Shown one piece after another: positions 42,747 to 53,183 of a DNA stretch of 64,000 nt. The position numbers and the translations under genes were made by a program. Position 1 is the first letter of the stretch. Every line of letters starts with the position of its first letter. The notes beneath the pieces were generated by a model, which searched no databases, was not told the origin of the DNA, and worked only from the letters and a program-made list of their open reading frames with translations. Origin of the DNA: Parcubacteria group bacterium (GTDB taxonomy: Bacteria > Patescibacteriota > Minisyncoccia > Moranbacterales > UBA9337); the NCBI GenBank assembly GCA_041662245.1, contig JBAZSW010000001.1, positions 11,714-75,713 on the forward strand. Direction: 5' to 3'.

Positions 42747-44381
42747 ATGGCGATATTTCTAGCTAATTTAGTTAAAAGGATTGAAGATTCAAACACTTCT
42801 TTTTATCTTTGGGTATTTTCCTTTTTGGGAATTATTGCTTTGCGGGTCTTGATGGAAAATTGGTTAGGGGGAATGATCAATAGAACCGGAGATTATTTTT
42901 TTCATCATGTTTCTTATACGTTTGTTTTTTTTCTATTATCTTATCTAATTTTTTTAGTGTTGATAATAAAAAATTTAAAGATTGAGATTAAGAAAGCGTC
43001 CAACGTGTTGCTTTGGGGGTATTTAATTATAATATTCCCACCACTGATTGATTTTATTCTATTGAGAGATCGGGCTTACTTAAGTTTTTATGGAATTTAT
43101 GGATTGGCGGAGATGCCCAAGCGATTTGTTACCTTTTTTGGTGATAGCCCAGATTTCGGTATTACTTATGGAGTTCGATTTGAAATTGCAGTAACCGTGC
43201 TAGCCTTGCTTGTCTATGGGTATTTAAAAACAAAAAGTCCAGTAAAAGCACTTTCGCTAGCTCTTCAATCGTATGTAATTTTATTTATTTTAGGGACATT
43301 TCCATCTTGGGTAACTATCATCAGTCAAGGTTTTTCAAAGGGATTTATGCAGATAGGGGATTTGGAAATAGTGAAATTGTTTTTTACTTCAGCTCGCTTA
43401 TTTTCTCGAGAAACAGGCACTTATTTGAATGCCTTGAGTATTAAGCTATCTCTTATTTATGCAACAATGTTGGCAGGATTAATTATTGGAGGATTATTCT
43501 TGTCTTATAGAGATAAATTTGTAGTTTTTTTAAAAAATTCTCGCCCAGTTCAAATAATTTATCATTTGGGATTGCTCTTGCTCGGGGGTGTTTTGGGAAT
43601 TATTTTTACTAAATTCAATTGGGATTTTAATATTTTTAATTTCTTTGGTTTTTTGAACATAAGTATTGCAGTTATCTTGGCGTGGTTAGCTTCGGTGGTA
43701 TTTAATGATATTTATGATGAAAGAATAGATTTGGTCACTAATCCTAGGCGTCCTTTGGCAGTTAAGGATTTCTCGCAAACTGAATATGTTACAATCGGAG
43801 TTGTTCTTTTTGTTTTTTCTATTTTTTATGCCACCTTGGTAAACCCCAAGGTAGCTTTTTTATTGATTGCTTATCAATTGCTAGCTTGGGTTTACTCTGC
43901 TTGGCCTTTTCGATTAAAACGTTTTCCCTTAGTAGCAACACTAATTAGTGCATTGGCGTCTTTGCTAATAATATTTTCAGGATTTATTTTAGTTAGTCCT
44001 GCAGAAGATATCTTGGAATTTCCTAAAAGAATTTTTTGGTTAGTGTTGATTGCTTTAATTTTTTCTCTGCCCATTAAGGATTTAAAGGATATTAAGGGAG
44101 ATAAATTGGATAAAGTAAATACTATCCCTGTAATTTTTGGTGAATATTGGGGAAAAATTATTATTGGAAGTGGAATTTTTATGTCTTATTTTTTGAGTGT
44201 TGTCTTTCTAAACGAATATGCTCTGACATTTTGGGCTATTGTCGTCGGAGGGGCGTCTTTTGGAGTAGTAGTTTTTTCTGGAAGAAATAAAAGAATAAAT
44301 AACTATAATTTAATCTGGTGGATTTTAGGATTGGTAGTTATTTACTTGCTTATTATGATTAAGATTATTTTTTTAAGATAG
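42747..44381 (+). CDS. UbiA-family prenyltransferase fused to an N-terminal membrane domain
   Basis: NDIYDERIDLVTNPRRPL and KDLKDIKGD Asp-rich motifs. Confidence 0.85.
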   Translation: MAIFLANLVKRIEDSNTSFYLWVFSFLGIIALRVLMENWLGGMINRTGDYFFHHVSYTFVFFLLSYLIFLVLIIKNLKIEIKKASNVLLWGYLIIIFPPLIDFILLRDRAYLSFYGIYGLAEMPKRFVTFFGDSPDFGITYGVRFEIAVTVLALLVYGYLKTKSPVKALSLALQSYVILFILGTFPSWVTIISQGFSKGFMQIGDLEIVKLFFTSARLFSRETGTYLNALSIKLSLIYATMLAGLIIGGLFLSYRDKFVVFLKNSRPVQIIYHLGLLLLGGVLGIIFTKFNWDFNIFNFFGFLNISIAVILAWLASVVFNDIYDERIDLVTNPRRPLAVKDFSQTEYVTIGVVLFVFSIFYATLVNPKVAFLLIAYQLLAWVYSAWPFRLKRFPLVATLISALASLLIIFSGFILVSPAEDILEFPKRIFWLVLIALIFSLPIKDLKDIKGDKLDKVNTIPVIFGEYWGKIIIGSGIFMSYFLSVVFLNEYALTFWAIVVGGASFGVVVFSGRNKRINNYNLIWWILGLVVIYLLIMIKIIFLR

Positions 44382-45161
44382 AGTTTCTTTAAATAAAATG
44401 GAAAGTTCTTGCCACTTAGATATGGAAAGTTCCTGAGCCCTGATGCCAATGGGCAAATTAGCAGAAATGAGAATTTTTTCCACTTCTTTTTTATCAATAT
44501 GGAAACTATTAGCAAGATTATTGAGTAATGTCTTTCTGCGAGCGCAAAATCCCGCCTTTACTATTTTGAAAAATTGTTTATCTTCTGGGGGATTATTTTT
44601 TTTGATGTTAAATATTCTGATTACACTACTATCTACTTTGGGTGGGGGATTGAAATTATCTTTAGTAACATCAAAAAGAATTTCTGCTTGGGCATAATAT
44701 TGAACGGAATTTGATAGTTTGCTCATTTTTCCTAAAGGAGCAGTAATTCTTTGAGCGACCTCCTTTTGAATCATTAAAATTATCTCATCGGGCTGAATGC
44801 TGGTTTCTAAAAATAAGCGAATGATTTTAGAGGTTATATAGTAAGGAATGTTGGCAATCAGTTTGTAGTTTTTAATATGGTGATCTTTTATGAGTTGTGG
44901 CAAATTTATTTTTAGAATATCTTCAAATATTATTTTTAAATTTTCTTGGTTGGCGAACTTTTCTTTTAAAGGATTTTTTAATTTATCGTCTAGCTCAATA
45001 GCGATGACCTGGGAGGCATTTTCACATAATTTTTCAGTTAAGGCTCCTTCTCCTGGGCCAATTTCCAAAACGACGTCAGTATTTTTTAGATGGGCTGAGA
45101 TTATTATATCGTCAACAATAGCAGGATTGTTTAAGAAATGTTGTCCTAAATAACGAGGCAT
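44373..45161 (-). CDS. rsmA: 16S rRNA adenine dimethyltransferase
   Basis: LGQHFL, EIGPGEG, ANIPYYIT and PPPKVDS motifs. Confidence 0.95.
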   Translation of the reverse strand: MPRYLGQHFLNNPAIVDDIIISAHLKNTDVVLEIGPGEGALTEKLCENASQVIAIELDDKLKNPLKEKFANQENLKIIFEDILKINLPQLIKDHHIKNYKLIANIPYYITSKIIRLFLETSIQPDEIILMIQKEVAQRITAPLGKMSKLSNSVQYYAQAEILFDVTKDNFNPPPKVDSSVIRIFNIKKNNPPEDKQFFKIVKAGFCARRKTLLNNLANSFHIDKKEVEKILISANLPIGIRAQELSISKWQELSILFKETLS

Positions 45162-45325
45162 ATTTTCTTTAAATAAGAATTAGTTTATATTGGAAGGTTA
45201 CAGAATAGAAAAGAGGTTGTCAAATTATAAACTGGCATTAAATTTAGAGGTTTAGTTTGGCATTTATTGTTTTTGGCAGTATAATGACTTTGTATAGTTA
45301 AGTTTTAAATTATTTGATTAAATTG

Positions 45326-46138
45326 ATGAATAGAGGAAAAAAGAGGATAATTATAATTTGTATCTATTTACTGATTTTTAGTATTTTTGGAGCTTTGATT
45401 TATTATATTTTGGAACCAGATCCTACTTGTAGTGATGGGAAGAAGAACCAATCAGAGGAGGATATTGATTGTGGAGGAGTATGCACCCCTTGTAAGAGAG
45501 AAATTAAAGCTAAAGAGTTAAAGGTAAATGAAAAGTATTTTGTCTATGGAAGTAGAGATCAATTTGATGTAATGGCAGGAATTACTAATCCCAATGATAA
45601 ATATGGGGCAGTTGGGTTTGATTATGAATTTCAATTATTGGATCAATCGGGAGCTGTTTTGGCTAAAAAAGAGGGGACAAATTTTATTTTACCAGGTGAA
45701 AGCAAATTCATAATAGAGTTAAATTTGTATTCTTCAATTAATCCTTATTCTTTAAAATTCGAAATAAAAAATATTAAATGGGATGAATTTTTGGAGTATG
45801 AGGAGCCCAAATTAAACATATACGAAAAAAATTATAGCGAAGATCCTGAGAAGAATATTGTCACAGGTTTATTGAGGAATGAAAGTTATTTTGATTTCAA
45901 TTCAATCGAGATCGCGATAGTTTTGAGAGATGAAGGAGGTAAGCCAGTCGCACTAGGAAAGAATGAGATGCGGACAATTAAATCTCAAGAGGAGAGAGAT
46001 TTCAAATTAATCTGGCCTTATAAATTTGGAAAAAATGTAGAAAGTGTCGATATTAAAGCGGAAGCGAATGTTTTTGATTCAGATAACTTTATTAAAAAAT
46101 ATCTGCCCAATAGAAAGTTTCAAGATTATACTTATTAG
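45326..46138 (+). CDS. Membrane-anchored protein with Cys-rich motif and FxLYD-like Ig domains
   Basis: TM, CSDGKKNQSEEDIDCGGVC, YEFQLLD and IVLRD. Confidence 0.7.
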   Translation: MNRGKKRIIIICIYLLIFSIFGALIYYILEPDPTCSDGKKNQSEEDIDCGGVCTPCKREIKAKELKVNEKYFVYGSRDQFDVMAGITNPNDKYGAVGFDYEFQLLDQSGAVLAKKEGTNFILPGESKFIIELNLYSSINPYSLKFEIKNIKWDEFLEYEEPKLNIYEKNYSEDPEKNIVTGLLRNESYFDFNSIEIAIVLRDEGGKPVALGKNEMRTIKSQEERDFKLIWPYKFGKNVESVDIKAEANVFDSDNFIKKYLPNRKFQDYTY

Positions 46139-46190
46139 CGGGACAGTTGCAAGAAAAATAAAAAATACTCTATATGATATAGAGTATTTT

Positions 46191-47342
46191 TTATTTTAAA
46201 TTAGCATAAAGTCGGTAGACAGAATAATTAAATTTACTTATTAAATTTGCTATTTCATCTTTTTTCAGAGGTCTTTCTTTAATGGTTTCTATGGTACTTA
46301 TTTTTTCCAAATAGGATTGAATCATTTTTTCGAAGGAAGAATTTTCAACGTCGATATCTTTATATTTATTCAATTCCATGGTGAGAAGCGCGGATAGATC
46401 TAAGATATCTGTTTTTATTTTTAATTTTCTAATTTCTTTTTGAATGAAATCTAGTCGAGATAAATTATCGAGCACTTTATCGCAGTATTGAATTGATTCT
46501 AGAGGCCAAGCAGATTCATTATTTTCATTTCTTTTAAAGTTGTTGGGACTCCAATTATAAGCAGTTAATATTTTTTTGCGAGCTTGATTTATCTGCCCAA
46601 GCTCAAATGCTTGCTTGCCTATCTCAAAATTGTTAAATAATTCTGCGAAATAAAGTTTACCGAAAGCTTTGCCCAAGTCCTTATTTTGTTTAATCAGAGT
46701 CATGAGTTCGGCAACGTTATTTTCTGAAAGCTCTTTGGCCGAAGGTCCTTCAAATTTTATGGTTTCATTATTTTTTAATATGTTTAAATACCTTATGACT
46801 TCTTTGACAGTGATAGGTTTAACTTGCATTATTCCAATAGCCCCCGCTTGAGATTCGGCATCTTTTTCTAAATTAGATTCTTGAATTTGAACTGCCAAAA
46901 ATAAGTTTTCAGAAAATAATTTTTTGGGCAAAAACTTGTCTTTTTTAAGAAGTTCATGAGCTCTTATTTGAACCTCTTGGGCAAGGAGTTGCATTTGAGG
47001 AGAAGCTTCTTTTTTCTCTGGCATTTTTTCATTTTCTTGTTTTTGATCATTTTCTTTGGGCTTGTCTTCATCATTAAAAAGAGATTTAATATGGTTTAAT
47101 ATCCTTGGAACAATGTTTGTTTTTTCGCTTACTTCTTTGGGAAAAGTTGAATCAAGAGCTAAAATAGCCGCTCCAACAAGGAATTTGCGTCGGCTATGAT
47201 TAATATTTTCTTTATAATTTTTTTCAGAAAGTGGATTCTTGAGATTTCTTCTTGAATTTAAAGGGGCGTTTGGGGAAACGTTAAGGTCGGGATGAAATAT
47301 TTTTATTTCTTCGATATTTTTCATTTGATAGATATTGAACAC
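46191..47342 (-). CDS. SLT-type lytic transglycosylase domain protein
   Basis: QESN..AESQAGAIGIMQV and AYNW motifs; SRRKFL near the N-terminus. Confidence 0.82.
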   Translation of the reverse strand: MFNIYQMKNIEEIKIFHPDLNVSPNAPLNSRRNLKNPLSEKNYKENINHSRRKFLVGAAILALDSTFPKEVSEKTNIVPRILNHIKSLFNDEDKPKENDQKQENEKMPEKKEASPQMQLLAQEVQIRAHELLKKDKFLPKKLFSENLFLAVQIQESNLEKDAESQAGAIGIMQVKPITVKEVIRYLNILKNNETIKFEGPSAKELSENNVAELMTLIKQNKDLGKAFGKLYFAELFNNFEIGKQAFELGQINQARKKILTAYNWSPNNFKRNENNESAWPLESIQYCDKVLDNLSRLDFIQKEIRKLKIKTDILDLSALLTMELNKYKDIDVENSSFEKMIQSYLEKISTIETIKERPLKKDEIANLISKFNYSVYRLYANLK

Positions 47343-47507
47343 ATGAAGTATCTGTAATTTAATTTTAACAGATTATCAGAAGAGTTTCAAAGTTTACGAA
47401 AGGTTTATTCAAAAGAAATGCTTCGGAATAATTTTATGTTTTTTAAGCTTGATTTTGGCTGTGTTTAGTGTAAACTGGAGTAGCTATTTAATTTATAATT
47501 TTTTTGT

Positions 47508-47801
47508 ATGGATATCAATTTTCTTATTTTAGTGGTTGTTTATTTAGCCATTAATGTAGCGTCTTTTTTAATCATGATGGTTGATAAAATCAAGTCGAGA
47601 AAAAACAATGTGGATAGAATTTCGGAAGGAGCCTTGTTTTTTATGGCCACTGCTTTTGGCAGTATTGGGGTTTATTTGGGAATGTTTATGTTTCATCATA
47701 AAACTAGAAAATGGAATTTTATTATCGGAATTCCTCTTTTGATGTTACAAAATATCGTATTTCTTTCAGTGGTGTATAATTTGTTGAATTCTTTGCGGTA
47801 A
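47508..47801 (+). CDS. DUF1294 family membrane protein
   Basis: DK..S...RISE..L..GSIG...GM..FHHKTRK. Confidence 0.88.
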   Translation: MDINFLILVVVYLAINVASFLIMMVDKIKSRKNNVDRISEGALFFMATAFGSIGVYLGMFMFHHKTRKWNFIIGIPLLMLQNIVFLSVVYNLLNSLR

Positions 47802-47920
47802 ATATAGTCAATTTGAGTTTTTGAAATAAATAGGATAATATTAGGTTGAAGCTAAACAAAAGGAATTTTGTCAGTTTTTTAATTTCAAATAAAAAATTAG
47901 TTAAAATTACAAAAAAGTTT

Positions 47921-49189
47921 ATGAATTACAAAAAAACAATTTTAGATAATGGACTGAGGATAATCACTGCGCCTATGAAAGACACTCAGACAGCCACGGT
48001 AATGATAATGGTTGGAGTAGGATCAAGATATGAGGAGAATTATGAGAGAGGGCTTTCTCATTTTATTGAACATATGATGTTTAAGGGAACTCAAAAAAGA
48101 CCTAATACTCAGGTTATCGCCAATGAATTGGATGCTATTGGGGGAGAATTTAATGCCTTTACAGGGAAAACCGGCACGGCTTATTATGCTAAAAGTGACG
48201 CTAAACACCTAGCTACAACTCTAGATGTAATATCGGATATGTATCTTAATTCAAAATTTGAATCTAGGGAAATAAATAAGGAAAGAGGAACAATCCTTCA
48301 GGAATTGAATATGTATGAAGACATGCCGATGCGGAGCGTGGAGGATGTCTTTGAAGGACTTCTGTATGGAGATCAAAAATTGGGTAGAGAAATTATTGGG
48401 ACCAAAGAAACTATTCAAAACGTAAAGAGAGATAATTTTATTAAATATCGAGAAAGGTTTTATTTGGCTAATGACACTGTGATTTGTGTGGCAGGGAAGA
48501 TTGATGAAGACAAGGTTATTGAAAAAATAAAAAAATATTTTTCTCAGATGAATCGAGGAATAAAACCAGAATTTGAAAAAGTTATCGAAAAACAAGTGGG
48601 CTCACAAATAAAAATAAAGAACAAAAAAACCGATCAAACTCATTTGGTTTTGGGGGTACGGGCTTATGATGATGATCACAAGGATAAGTATGTTTTAAAT
48701 CTGCTTTCTATAATTCTAGGAGGAAATATGAGTAGCCGACTTTTCATCAATGTTAGAGAGAAACAAGGATTATCTTATTATATCCATACTGACAGTGAGG
48801 CTTATCAGGACGCGGGTTATCTAGCGACGTTTGCAGGAGTGGAGCATAAAAACTTAATCAAAACAATAAAAACAATTTTAAAGGAGTATCGTAAAATATC
48901 TTCCAAGAAGGTTTCTGAAGTTGAGCTAAAAAAGGCCAAGGATTTCATTAAAGGAAAATCGGTGATGGGTTTGGAGTCATCTAACTCAGTGGCTTCTTTC
49001 TTAGTGGGGCAAGAAGTAATTAAAAATAAAATATTAACTCCCAAAGATATTTTTAAAAAAATTGACGAAGTGACCGCAGCCGATATTTTGAGGGTGGCAA
49101 AAGATATTTTTGTTAATGATAAATTGAACTTGGCGGTAACTGGTCCGCATAAAAAGTCTAAAGAATTAGAAGAAATGTTAAAATTTTAG
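47921..49189 (+). CDS. M16 family Zn peptidase
   Basis: HFIEHMMFKGT, NAFT and SSRLF..VREKQGL motifs; start at MNYK. Confidence 0.93.
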   Translation: MNYKKTILDNGLRIITAPMKDTQTATVMIMVGVGSRYEENYERGLSHFIEHMMFKGTQKRPNTQVIANELDAIGGEFNAFTGKTGTAYYAKSDAKHLATTLDVISDMYLNSKFESREINKERGTILQELNMYEDMPMRSVEDVFEGLLYGDQKLGREIIGTKETIQNVKRDNFIKYRERFYLANDTVICVAGKIDEDKVIEKIKKYFSQMNRGIKPEFEKVIEKQVGSQIKIKNKKTDQTHLVLGVRAYDDDHKDKYVLNLLSIILGGNMSSRLFINVREKQGLSYYIHTDSEAYQDAGYLATFAGVEHKNLIKTIKTILKEYRKISSKKVSEVELKKAKDFIKGKSVMGLESSNSVASFLVGQEVIKNKILTPKDIFKKIDEVTAADILRVAKDIFVNDKLNLAVTGPHKKSKELEEMLKF

Positions 49190-49246
49190 GCAAGGATTGA
49201 ATCAATTTTCAAATAGGAGGTAATCTCATAAAAACTATTCAAAAAT

Positions 49247-50266
49247 ATGGAAAATAAATTATGGGGATCATCGACGGAAATAATTTTTAAGATTATGGCT
49301 ATTGCCTTAGGGTTGTGGTTTCTTTATCTTATTAGGGACGTTTTAGTATTATTTTTTGTGGCTATTATCGTAATGGCAGCCATTGACCCTTTGGTAAGTT
49401 GGTTTAAACTAAAGATAAAAATTCCTCGAATTATGGGGGTTTTGATAATTTATCTTTTTTTAATTTCAATTTTAGTAGCGATTATTTCTTTTATTATCCC
49501 AGCCTTATCAGGTCAATTTAGAGATTTTTTAATAGCCCTACCTAGCTATTTTCAAAAAGTTGATTATTTTCTAAGAGGCGTTTCTCTTTATGGACAATCT
49601 TATGGATTCGATTTAAATCTAGGAAAAATAAGCGAAAATTTTGGAGAAAGTTCTTTCAATATTTTTTCTACCACAGTAGGTTTTTTTAGTGGTTTGATTT
49701 CTTTTGTGGTGGTTTTTTCGATGGCTTTTTATATGTCTATTCATGAAGATGGAATGGAAAATTTTTTAGATTCAGTAACGCCCGAAAGATACAAATTAAC
49801 AGTAATAAAAATTGCCAAGAGAATAAAGAATAGAATCGGGCGTTGGATGAGCGGACAATTAGTATTGATGTTAACTATTTTCTTGCTGGACTATGCTATC
49901 CTTTATTTCTTGGGAGTTCCTTATGCTTTATTTATAGCGATGATTAGCGGATTTTTGGAAATCATTCCTTATATTGGACCAACTATTGCTGTTTCTTTAG
50001 CGACTCTGATTACTGTATTAGTTTCTCCTGTTAAAGCTATTTTTGTTTTAGTTTTCTATGTTATCGTGCATCAAATTGAAAGTAATATCATTTTTCCTCA
50101 GATAATGAAAAAAGCCGTAGGGCTAAATCCTTTGGCAGTAATACTCTCAATGTTAATTGGTTTAAAGTTGGCAGGGGTAGCAGGAGCAATTTTAGCGGTG
50201 CCTGTGGCGACTGCTGTAGGTGTAGTAGCCAAGGAGCTAATGAAAAAAAATAATGTTAAAATTTAG
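49247..50266 (+). CDS. AI-2E family transporter
   Basis: IPYIGP, QIESNII.PQIM and GAILAVP motifs. Confidence 0.9.
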   Translation: MENKLWGSSTEIIFKIMAIALGLWFLYLIRDVLVLFFVAIIVMAAIDPLVSWFKLKIKIPRIMGVLIIYLFLISILVAIISFIIPALSGQFRDFLIALPSYFQKVDYFLRGVSLYGQSYGFDLNLGKISENFGESSFNIFSTTVGFFSGLISFVVVFSMAFYMSIHEDGMENFLDSVTPERYKLTVIKIAKRIKNRIGRWMSGQLVLMLTIFLLDYAILYFLGVPYALFIAMISGFLEIIPYIGPTIAVSLATLITVLVSPVKAIFVLVFYVIVHQIESNIIFPQIMKKAVGLNPLAVILSMLIGLKLAGVAGAILAVPVATAVGVVAKELMKKNNVKI

Positions 50267-50287
50267 CTTTTTCTGATTAACTTTTTT

Positions 50288-50989
50288 TTAGAGCCTGTCA
50301 GGATAATCCGAAAATATTCCATCTACCCCGATATCTTTTAGGTGTTGGATTTCCTTTTTTTGGTTTACTGTGTAAACAAAAATTTTTATTTTTTCTTTGT
50401 GAGCCATCGCTACTATTTTTTGATTAACTATTTTTTTGTGGATGTTTATAGAAAAAGAATTTATTTTTTTGGCGAAATGAAGGTGTTTTTTAAAAATAAA
50501 AGGAAATCTTTTTATCCAAAGAGAATATGGTCGCAAGGGGTTGATTAAAAATCCTATTTTTATTTGGGGTAAATATTGGATAAATTTTTCCAGCTCTTTT
50601 TTGCTAAAGGAAGATATTAGAAAATCATTTCGATGCCATTTTTTATTATCTATATAATTTTTTACTATTTTTGCTACGGGTTCAGCAGTATTTTTGCCTT
50701 TTAATTCAATGTTTATTTTGGCTTTTCGATTTATCAAATCGAGAACATTTTCTAAAGTAGGAATTTTTATTTTTTTTAAATCAGCATAATTTTGTTTAAT
50801 AACTTGATCCTTTCTTTTGTTTATCTTTTTAGTGTCTTTATTGTGGATGACGACTACTTCTTTGGACTTGCAAATATGAGCATCAAGTTCTATCATATCA
50901 ACATTGAGTTCCAACGCTTTTTTAAATGATTCTAGCGTATTCTCAGTGGCATATCCTGCAGCGCCACGGTGACCAATTTTATAAAACAT
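50288..50989 (-). CDS. Glycerophosphodiester phosphodiesterase
   Basis: GHRG..ENT, IELD, NIELK and GVDGIFSDYP motifs. Confidence 0.93.
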   Translation of the reverse strand: MFYKIGHRGAAGYATENTLESFKKALELNVDMIELDAHICKSKEVVVIHNKDTKKINKRKDQVIKQNYADLKKIKIPTLENVLDLINRKAKINIELKGKNTAEPVAKIVKNYIDNKKWHRNDFLISSFSKKELEKFIQYLPQIKIGFLINPLRPYSLWIKRFPFIFKKHLHFAKKINSFSINIHKKIVNQKIVAMAHKEKIKIFVYTVNQKKEIQHLKDIGVDGIFSDYPDRL

Positions 50990-51022
50990 ATCTTATAGTA
51001 TATAAATAATAAATTTAATAAT

Positions 51023-51700
51023 ATGAAAACTTTGATAAAAAGTACCTTGTATATTGTAGCTACTCCTATTGGAAATTTAGAAGATATCACTTTGCGAGCC
51101 TTAGAAGTGCTAAAAAATGTCAATTTAATTATTTGCGAAGACACTCGGGTTACAATAAAACTTTTAGATAGATATGAAATCAAAACACCCAGCTTATCTT
51201 ATCATCAACATAGTAAAATTAAAAGGATTAATGAGATTGTAGAAAGATTAAAAAAAGAGGAGAGTATCGCTTTAGTAACAGATGCGGGTACCCCCGGGAT
51301 AAGTGATCCTGGAAATATTTTAGTAGCTGAAGCAATAAAAAATAATATTATGGTGAGTCCTATCCCTGGAGCTTCTGCTATTGGAGCGCTGATTAGTGTG
51401 GCTGGAATAGACATGCAAAAATTTACTTTTTTAGGTTTTCCTCCTCATAAAAAGGGACGTCAAACTTTTTTTAAAGAGGCTTTAGCTCAGAAATATCCAG
51501 TTATTTATTATGATTCTCCGCATCGACTTTTAAAAAATTTAGAATTATTAAAAGAATTAGGATATGTTAAAAATATTATTGTAGGGAGGGAGTTAACTAA
51601 AATGTTTGAAGAAATAATACGAGGAAGTGTCGATGAAATAATCGAATATTTTAATCGCAAAGAAAAAATTAAGGGGGAGTTGGTAGTGATTTTGGGATAA
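51023..51700 (+). CDS. rsmI: 16S rRNA C1402 2'-O-methyltransferase
   Basis: ATPIGNLEDIT.RA, CEDTR, DAGTPGISDPG and RELTKMFEE motifs. Confidence 0.95.
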   Translation: MKTLIKSTLYIVATPIGNLEDITLRALEVLKNVNLIICEDTRVTIKLLDRYEIKTPSLSYHQHSKIKRINEIVERLKKEESIALVTDAGTPGISDPGNILVAEAIKNNIMVSPIPGASAIGALISVAGIDMQKFTFLGFPPHKKGRQTFFKEALAQKYPVIYYDSPHRLLKNLELLKELGYVKNIIVGRELTKMFEEIIRGSVDEIIEYFNRKEKIKGELVVILG

Positions 51701-51826
51701 GTTGCATATTTAGTTGAAGATGGTATATTTTATTTGTTTGAAATTTATATAAGAATCAGTTATTTAAAACGAATCATTTTAAAAATTAAATGAGTTTTGT
51801 CTAAAATAAACATAAGGGAGGTCAGC

Positions 51827-52033
51827 ATGCGCCTGTTCACTGTTGGAGAAAGGTGGGGACCACTTTCGTGTGAATATCCCAACTGTCAAAGAAAAAATGC
51901 TTTCACTATTGTTTTATCTGATGAAGAAAGTAATCTTCTCCCAGAAAAAACAGGTTTAACTGCACTCAGGTTTATTATTAGCAACAGATTTGGATTGGTT
52001 GTTTGTGATGAACACATTAGGTCTGTGACATAG
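51827..52033 (+). CDS. Small hypothetical protein, possible Zn-binding
   Basis: GGAGG SD before ATG 51827; C-x4-C ... CDEH; downstream hairpin at 52044-52074. Confidence 0.6.
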   Translation: MRLFTVGERWGPLSCEYPNCQRKNAFTIVLSDEESNLLPEKTGLTALRFIISNRFGLVVCDEHIRSVT

Positions 52034-52150
52034 AACGATTAGAAGGATAGAGAAAATTTTTCTCTATCCTTCTTGTATTTATTAGCTTAACTTAAAACAA
52101 ATAAAAAATCCCGCGATTGGAATTTTTTATTTCTACATAAAAAATGATTT

Positions 52151-52543
52151 TTAATATCTAAAGTTTACTTTAATATCCATTTTTTTCCCTTCAAAAAACT
52201 TTTTGGCGAATTGAGCAGTTTTATAGGGTGGATAAGGTTTGCAACTGAATACATCTAAATAGATAGCATTGGAATTATTGGCAAAATGTCCCGAGATAAG
52301 AGAAGTTTCTATTAACTGAGTCATAGAGAACCCTGATACGCGAGGATCTTCTCCGAAATTTACTACGACAGTTTCACCAAAAGTTTTCATTTCGATTAGC
52401 CCACAGAGTTCTTTTACAAATCGTTTTATTTCTCTCGCACTTCTCAATGTCTGGGGATTACAATGATATAAATCAATACAGGTGCTCATTCCCCAAGGAT
52501 TTTCTTTCTTGTATTTTTGGACTATTTGTTGGTCTTTGGTCAT
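52151..52543 (-). CDS. speD: S-adenosylmethionine decarboxylase-family pyruvoyl proenzyme
   Basis: IDLYHC, GFSMTQLIETSLISGH and YLDVFSCK motifs. Confidence 0.8.
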   Translation of the reverse strand: MTKDQQIVQKYKKENPWGMSTCIDLYHCNPQTLRSAREIKRFVKELCGLIEMKTFGETVVVNFGEDPRVSGFSMTQLIETSLISGHFANNSNAIYLDVFSCKPYPPYKTAQFAKKFFEGKKMDIKVNFRY

Positions 52544-52693
52544 TTTGTGTTTGGTTATTTGAGTTTAAAAAATAAACTCAAATTTTTAAAATAAATGATT
52601 AAACAATCTTATTATAGGAGATGCTTAAAATTATGCAAGAGTCTCAACTTTGTTATTTCTTAAAATGATATTAAGTAGTAATCTTTTATTTAT

Positions 52694-52859
52694 TTGACAT
52701 ATTTTTTATAAAGTATATACTCAAAGCATGAAAATAGTTTATCAATCAAATCCAGCCAATAAAAACAATAACCGTCTTGGGCGGCCTTGTTTCTAATTGC
52801 TTAGAGGAATTGATAAATAAAAGAAACCGGTCGCCTAAAATAAGGCGATTTTGTTTTTT
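52694..52859 (+). promoter_or_regulatory. Promoter plus leader-peptide transcription attenuator, copy 1
   Basis: TTGACA-16-TATACT. Antiterminator GGGCGGCC/GGTCGCCT. Terminator GTCGCCT/AGGCGAT plus U-tract at 52830-52859. Confidence 0.75.
52728..52796 (+). CDS. Asn-rich leader peptide MKIVYQSNPANKNNNRLGRPCF
   Basis: ATG sits 7 nt after the -10 box (leaderless); same length and frame as copy 2. Confidence 0.7.
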   Translation: MKIVYQSNPANKNNNRLGRPCF

Positions 52860-52884
52860 AAGTGAACAACAAAGGAGGCATTAA

Positions 52885-53094
52885 ATGGCTTATTATACGG
52901 GAAGTATATGGGGAGTTATTTTAAACGCAGGTGGGGAACCAATTAATTGGGGAGAAATAATCGGTATTGTCGGAGAAGATTTCTTTTTGTTTGAAAGTTT
53001 TGGACAATACCCAAAATCATTGGTTCGTAAATTCAATTCTCCTAGCGATGCCATGCGTGAATTTGAAAAAATATCAGATTCAAAAAGGGCCTAA
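52885..53094 (+). CDS. Small hypothetical protein under attenuator 1
   Basis: AAGGAGG SD; 69 aa. Confidence 0.7.
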   Translation: MAYYTGSIWGVILNAGGEPINWGEIIGIVGEDFFLFESFGQYPKSLVRKFNSPSDAMREFEKISDSKRA

Positions 53095-53125
53095 ACTATG
53101 AAGAATAATATAGATTGGCCAATAA

Positions 53126-53154
53126 GAGGCGAAATGCTAAAAGCATTTCGCCTC
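53126..53154. terminator. Strong hairpin after 52885-53094
   Basis: gaggcgaaatgct / agcatttcgcctc. Confidence 0.7.
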
Positions 53155-53183
53155 AATAATTATTAGTATAAAATTTTTTAAAA

